From positions 744,001 through 808,000 of the forward strand of contig OZ316776.1 of the NCBI GenBank assembly GCA_973851085.1: a DNA stretch of 64,000 nucleotides. The letters are read 5' to 3'. Positions 50,066-64,000 of this stretch are shown in pieces. The translations under genes and the position numbers were made by a program. Within the stretch, counting starts at the first letter, position 1. Every line of letters starts with the position of its first letter. Below the pieces are notes generated by a model. It was not told the origin of the DNA and did no database searches. It saw only the letters and a program-made list of their open reading frames with translations. The DNA comes from Ptychomitrium polyphyllum. Lineage: Eukaryota.

Positions 50066-50553
50066 CATGCATGATGCACAACTCATTCCATGCATGAATT
50101 TGTGAATCTACCATAAATTACTCAGAGGCTCCATCACTTGATAAGCACAAAGAACTTTCTGTGCAAAAGCCAGGCACTTGGATTCTTTAGGGACGGAGGA
50201 TCTATCTGGCCATGTGGCCCAGCAACTGAAGTTCAATATTATGCAGCCATGAGGTTCACAAACTAGAAAACGAATCCATGGAAAGAGACTCCTGAGCCCA
50301 GGCTGGGTAGCAGATACTGTATATTCCATTTGCCATAGTAGACTCAAATGCAAAGGGGCATGCCCCACCGGCACGCTGTGAATGATGCCAACTGTTAGAA
50401 AATAGAAACCTATAACATTATGAAGATTTCCACGTCCGGAATTGGGTGGACTGTAGTTTACGTGATGACGTGGCTCAGATACCGCCGTTTAGACTGGGTT
50501 GACTGACAGTAATGCCAAGCTGGCCTGCGGCCTGTTGTGGTGCTGACGCGTGT
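50066..50553. promoter_or_regulatory. ABRE/G-box, CE3-like and RY motif cluster
   Basis: CATGCATG at 50066 and 50089, CCACGT 50430, TACGTG 50459, TGACGTGGC 50466, ACGCGTGT 50546. Confidence 0.4.
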
Positions 50554-53264
50554 GGGTGGACAAAGATATTTTGGGCTGTGGCTGCCCCGACTGTGGCCTA
50601 CAGCCTTCGAATGCATGATTGGCGCCGGAGTGTAGCTCAGGTCCCATCCCACGATGGCAGTACAAATAGTTCCCCACCTGAAATTTGTGTTCACACTCAG
50701 GAGTGATTTGGTTGGAGGCGTGCGTTCACACAGAGTGGTCTGCCACAGCGAGGTACGCGAAGATTCACAACCTCCAACATGGCACTTTATTTTCAAACCT
50801 TTTTTTTCTTTTATATATGTATATATGTAAAGAAAGTATGGTTGATGATTAAAACGAAACATTTGGGGTACAACTTCATGAAATAATGTATGGCCATTAA
50901 AAAAGGCCATGATATTCTTGTTATTTATTTCAAATTAGGAGCTTGCAATTAGTAAGTGGTATGTTGGAATTATAAGAATAATGGAGAATAATTGCATCTT
51001 TTTCATTTTAAGTATTTATCAAACTAAGGATTCACAAATTGGGACCTATATCTATTTAAAGCGTATTCATGAATATATTATCACCATGGTTCATAGATTG
51101 GCCTCAAATCAACAAATATTTGGCCTATGACATGTATTTTCATAGAATCAAGTCATCTTTGCAAAGATTACAATGCCTTGAATTTGGATGCTCTTCAAAA
51201 GCATAGCCTTGTGTATTAATTGATTCTAGACAAAATTTTCAAACTTCTAATAATGAAGATTGATTACGTTAGCATGTTATTAATTTGGAATTGATTAACC
51301 TACATAGATTACAATAAAACTAAACAGACTAGAGCCGTTAAGAAGTTATATAAATTTTTTAATTTTAGGATTAATTATTAGAATAATTTTTGCAATTCTT
51401 AGATGTATCTTAAGCAAAAAATGAAAGTATATAAATTGAATTGTGTTGCTAAGTCTTGCTTCTTATCTTAAATATTATTAAACTTTTCTTCATTCTAATA
51501 AAACAAAAGGACACTTTTTCACTGATTTTTAGAAGGGTCATTCTTAATTTTTTCGGAAGCAATGATTTCTTTGTATTTATCAATAAAAATAAATAATAAA
51601 ATAAATATAAAAATAAATAATATAAAACATCTTCAATTAAAGTTCTTTTTTTATTTTGTGACAATCCAAGCAGTATTGTTGGGTAGTATTAAATCACATT
51701 TATTGTGCAAGAACATTCTATTACTTATTGCCATGCATATTCTAAAGCAAAATTAAAAGAAATGATTATAGCTAAAAAGTTGCATCATATTGTTGTTAAC
51801 TATCCTCCAAATTCTTTTTATATAACAACTGCTTGCTTTTGTGAATTAATTAAGGATGTCAATTTAAGATTTTTCTTGTATATATAAGCACCAAATCTTA
51901 TTACTTCTTGAAATTTTTGAATTTCAAATATATCTTCAAACTTAATACAAAATCTTAATAAAATATTTTTATAGTAATTTAAATATAAAAAAACTTATAA
52001 TAATACAATATAAAAAGTTGGTTTGCAGGTGGAAATGAAACCATTAAAAGTTGAAGTCACATTAAAGCTTAAGCAAACAAATGAATGATTTAAAAAAAAG
52101 TCAAATAGACACTTTCTAAGAGTCAAATTTTGGCATTACTAATAAGATAAAACATACTTTTATGGCATGGAAAGATAACAATGTACTCATCAAAATAATT
52201 TAAAAAATTGTATGTGTTTAATTCTTATTGTAAAAATCTTAAAATTCACTATGGTTTCTCTATCAATGCAGAAAGAATATGTAACCATCTTTATAGCTTG
52301 AAATTAATTAGAACTTGTAGTTTAAAGAAATTCCAAATTTAACTTTCTTTGCATAAAAAGGTCCGAGTAGGCCATCATATATATATTTATGGTATTTTAA
52401 AGATTTTACTTTAATAAATATTTTTAGCAAATATTGTCTTTAAAACCTATACAATTCCTTATTTAAGTATCTAATTGATTGTGTATCTTTTATTGAATAT
52501 CAACCATACTACATTTATCAAAGAAAATTTGGAATGATTCTAATTTTAAAAACATGTATTGAATAAAACTTAAAATATTATCAACTTCTTATTTATCTTG
52601 AGATTTTTCAATCATTTTGAATCTATGTTTTTAAAGTCCATATTAAGATATTTATAATGAATGTAATTAAATTATGTACAATTTTCTATATAATAATAAG
52701 TCCATAATTTAATGATTTGTAAAAAGATCCATTACAATTAAAAATAATCACTTGAAACTTGATGAAAAAAAAAAAATTATAGGCTTTGAAGTTTAGATTA
52801 TATGCTTACATTTTGATTTATAATTGTTACAAGTGCTAATTTTAAGTAAAACTTGAAATTTTTTGTTCAAAATTCTTTAATGAAATTGATTATGAATAAT
52901 ATATTAATAATTGGTTAATAAACTACGTTACAAAGGTTGAAAATATGACATCATAAATGTAGTAAACTTTTGAACTTATTTTATTGCTTAAAATTAGAAT
53001 TTAATTCTTTAAAAACACTTTTAAACTAAAATCTTAGGATTTTTGGTAAATCGTTTTAACATGACATGAGCAATAGAAAATACATATCTATTTATTTTCT
53101 ACAAAGTTTACATAGACACAAAGCTATTTTTTTACAATTGTTTGTAATGTATTTTTGTTTTTAATAGAAAATTTATCAACAAATGAAATATATTAAAATG
53201 TATTGAATTGCTATTATATGATACTATTGTTCATATTTAGAACTAATTTGTTAGATCAATTATA

Positions 53265-54138
53265 GCCATTTGTTTTGTTATATTAAAAAGAAAATCACTA
53301 AACTTTTACACCTAAAAATTGATGCTTTTATACTCAAGGTTGCCAAATTGCTTAGCATGAATCAATCTTTGGCGGTGCATTTTAGAAAAGAGATTAGTAT
53401 AAAGATTGAGAAGGAAAAAAAAAAGGGCCAACCTAAGTTGCAACTGATACAATTAGTTTATTTAACAAAAAGTATGAAAAAAATTGTCTAATATAACCAA
53501 GAAACGTATTTTGGAAGAAGTTGGTTTGGATGCAGAAATTCAACAAAAAAAGTTGCTTTTGAATTTTAAAGATGTTTTTGCACAATTGGGATTTGCTAAA
53601 AGGTATAAAAATTAAAGTATTGATGACTATAAATGCTTTATTTCTAATAACTAAAATAACATAAGTATATTTAATTCACATAAAAGATAATGGTATTGGA
53701 CTATAGATGGAAAAATGGTGAATGGCAACAAATTTGAAGGTATAATAAATAAGCATGTGTATAAAGTTATTTTGGAATATTTCTTATAATCCATTGTCTA
53801 AAATTATAATTTGGATTTTGGCTTATTGGTATTTAGATAGGATAATCATTCCATGTACACAAGCAAACATATGTAATAATAGCTTGCATTATGATTATTT
53901 CAATTCTTTTATTAATTTGCATTTTTTAGATTTAAATTCCAATGAACATTTATGGAAATTTTTTAAGTGATATGTGAACAAATTCATACTACTTTTAAGA
54001 GGAATTCAAGAATTCTAAGTCTGAAAAAGTATAATGTATGTGAGCTTGAGTCAAAAAGAATACATGGCGCTTTATAAAAACATGCCACAAAGAATTGATG
54101 CTATAGTAGAAACTAAAGGTTATTACACCAAGCATTGA
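53265..54138 (+). mobile_element. Degenerate Tc1-type (IS630-Tc1-mariner, DD34E-like) transposase fossil
   Basis: HTH-like KVAKLLSMNQS..KGQPKL, then QKKLLL..QLGFAKRYKN*SIDDYK, VFR*DNHSMYTSK (cf. FQQDNxxxHTSK), DLNSNEHLW (cf. DLNPIEHLW) and NMPQRIDAIVETKGYYTKH* (cf. SMPxRIxAVIxAKGxxTKY). TIRs were not identified. Confidence 0.85.
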
Positions 54139-55942
54139 AAATTTTGCAATCACCTTGAACAAAATTAAATAATTGTATGTAATTGTACATTTGGTTTTCT
54201 AATTTATTTTATTGTTATTAATATGATGTGTAATTTTATATACTACTGTGCAATAATCATTTCGATTTTTAAGTTTGGAAAAAACACTTTGTATTGCACA
54301 TAGTTGTTTATAAAAATTAGATGTGTGCAAAGTGTGTTCAATATTATTTATTATTTTATATGATTATAGAGCATAAAATAAAACCTTTAAATAGAAATAT
54401 TAATGGCTTTATCACCTTGAAAATTTTAATTTTGATCCTTTTCAAAAATCCACATAATAATAATGACTTACTACATATGTTTACAGGGTAACCTTATGAT
54501 TTCCATGTAGACTTCAATTGTGCACTTCTTTAAACAAACTCATTATAATCTAGCTCTTCAATATTGAAATCATAAGATTTAATGAATTATAATGTTATAA
54601 AATTGTGCTCTTTAGTTTTAGAGCATGAATTTTGAGATGCCATATTTTGTTGTAAGAATGGGCAAGTGATATGGGTTTTTTTTTTGTGGTGGATTACAAA
54701 TCTAGAATTAATCCAATAAATCTTACACAAAGAAAGGCAACGAGCAAGAAGACATGATCCTCAAAGTTGAATTGGTGGTTTTTTCCTTTGCTCAATTAAA
54801 CATGTGGATTTTTAATAGTGAACATTTATCTTGCCTACTTAAAGTTTTTGATCTAATTTTTTTAAGAAGAAATCTAAAAAATGAATTTTGGGTTCTTCCA
54901 CAAGCTCCAATACATTGTGACATTATATGATCTAATAATGACATATATCACCTTTTGTATATCACCTTTTAGAAACATTTAAATATATATTTGGTTTCAG
55001 TAATACAGTATGCAAGTAATACAGTATGCAGCTGGCTACTTTAAGCCAAGTAGACACTTACAGGTGAAACAAAATAAACCGTTAGAATAGATCCAATTGT
55101 GTATAACGTAAATACACTGGAATTACTGAATTGTGCATTACATTGATTGAGCTAACTGAAAGTGGCACTGAAGAAATGTAGAACACAGTAAGGTTAAAAT
55201 GAAAAAACCTTTCGAATGTGGCCGCCACGCGGCACCCTCTGACTGAACTTGTTTCTGCGCTTCCCGACAAGCCCCGTAGAACCTCTACGAAACTCACACC
55301 AGGAGCATGTCACTCGCCTTCGCCAAACTCCCCTTTCCCCATCACCGGGCCCCCCCGCCACCACCAACACGAAGCTATGTATTCCCAAAACCGTCGCGGA
55401 ACACGAAACCTACAGTATCCACTCACTTTGTACATTCTCACACCCCAGAACTCAGCGTTTGCTCGAGAATCATGTTTCTGTATGCTTCAACGGCTCTAAC
55501 TACACACCCCGCACCCCACCCGCCTACTTAAAGAGACTGTAGTCCCCAAAATCGTCACCACACCTAATAACATCTACAGAAGGTTAACATTTACTTCTCA
55601 GAAAATGCCACAGACGTAGACAGTTCCTGTCTCGGATATAGTGAACCTCCACAGTGCATAGAATCGACGCTATCTACAGGAAGTGGCAGAATTGATGTGG
55701 TTAAATGTACGCCTCAGTTAAATGACTTGGGATTGGGTACAGCGACGGCTTTTGGGTACTGACCTCCCTCGGAGCGGAGCCCCACGTGGTAGTGTGAGGG
55801 ATGTATGCCCAAAACCGTTACTTTGGCAAAGGCGAGTTCAAGCGGAGCCTACACAAACTTACACTAACTTAGTGCAGCGTTGCCATTTCATTCTCATATT
55901 CCGACTTCGTTTCGCTCCGCAGGCTACCAGATCTTCTCTTCT

Positions 55943-56013
55943 TGAGAGAGGAGAGAGAGAGACTTGGAGAGAGTGAGAGAGAGAGGGAGAGAGTGAGTGA
56001 GTGAGTGAGTGAG
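55943..56013 (+). repeat. (GA)n/(GAGT)n microsatellite in the histidine kinase 5' region
   Basis: gagagaggagagagaga...gagtgagtgagtgag upstream of the kinase ATG. Confidence 0.85.
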
Positions 56014-56542
56014 TTAGCGAGTTTGTTGATGAGGCAGCGATGGTGAGGTTGAGTGCAGGTCGTGTTCTCTAGGGTTGTGCGCATTCTCTCGGGGACTGTT
56101 GTGCGCTAGGGTTGAGTGGTGCGATTGCAGAGGAGGTCTGTGGTTTGATTGTAGGGCCGGGAAGATTGGCGGAGTCCGAGGTTGGCGGTCGCTCCACGGC
56201 GAGGGTTGCAGGTGCTGTGTTGTGGTATTGTGGCGTCAGGGAAGGATAGCGGATAGTGGAGGAGCGAAGGTTCGGAATGCAACAAAGCTGGGAGCTTTTC
56301 GTGTCGGAGGTTTTGATGCGCGCGCGGAGTCGTGGCGGGGGATGGGAAGGGACGGGTCGGGTAGTTGAGATGGATGGCGAGAGCGGCGTAGTGCGCATTC
56401 TGTGCGGCTGAAGGCGCCGGAGGAGCCCTAGGGGTTTTATTTTGGAAGAGCGGGAGGTTGTGTGGCTTGTGAGAGGGCCGCTATGCGGTTTGTGTAGAGG
56501 TTTGGTGGCTGTGGAGTGGCTGCGACGGTGGATATCGGTTGT

Positions 56543-64000
<7,458 letters not shown>

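Overview
Eukaryotic, intron-rich nuclear DNA from a land plant, most likely a non-seed plant such as a moss (inferred from gene families and decayed-element content, not proven). Eight genes are confidently assigned to known families: mitoribosomal mS29/DAP3, class-3 lipase, F-group bZIP zinc sensor, CTU2, phosducin-like PLP3/TXNDC9, Trm112/UPF0434-like, Di19 and an AHK5-like hybrid histidine kinase that runs off the window end. There is also a single-HMG-box gene, a small secreted Cys-rich orphan, an unassigned ~288-aa gene and an intronless gene with two divergent Dof-like zinc fingers plus a 51-bp repeat array. AT-rich islands between the genes hold a hypermutated protein-kinase pseudogene and a Tc1 (DD34E-like) transposase fossil. 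Highlights are the tandem-Dof gene in a transposon-like setting, a textbook U12 AT-AC intron in Di19, and an HMG gene with no in-frame ATG (possible AUU start). I saw no rRNA, tRNA or CRISPR array. Exon boundaries were read by eye and no searches were run.
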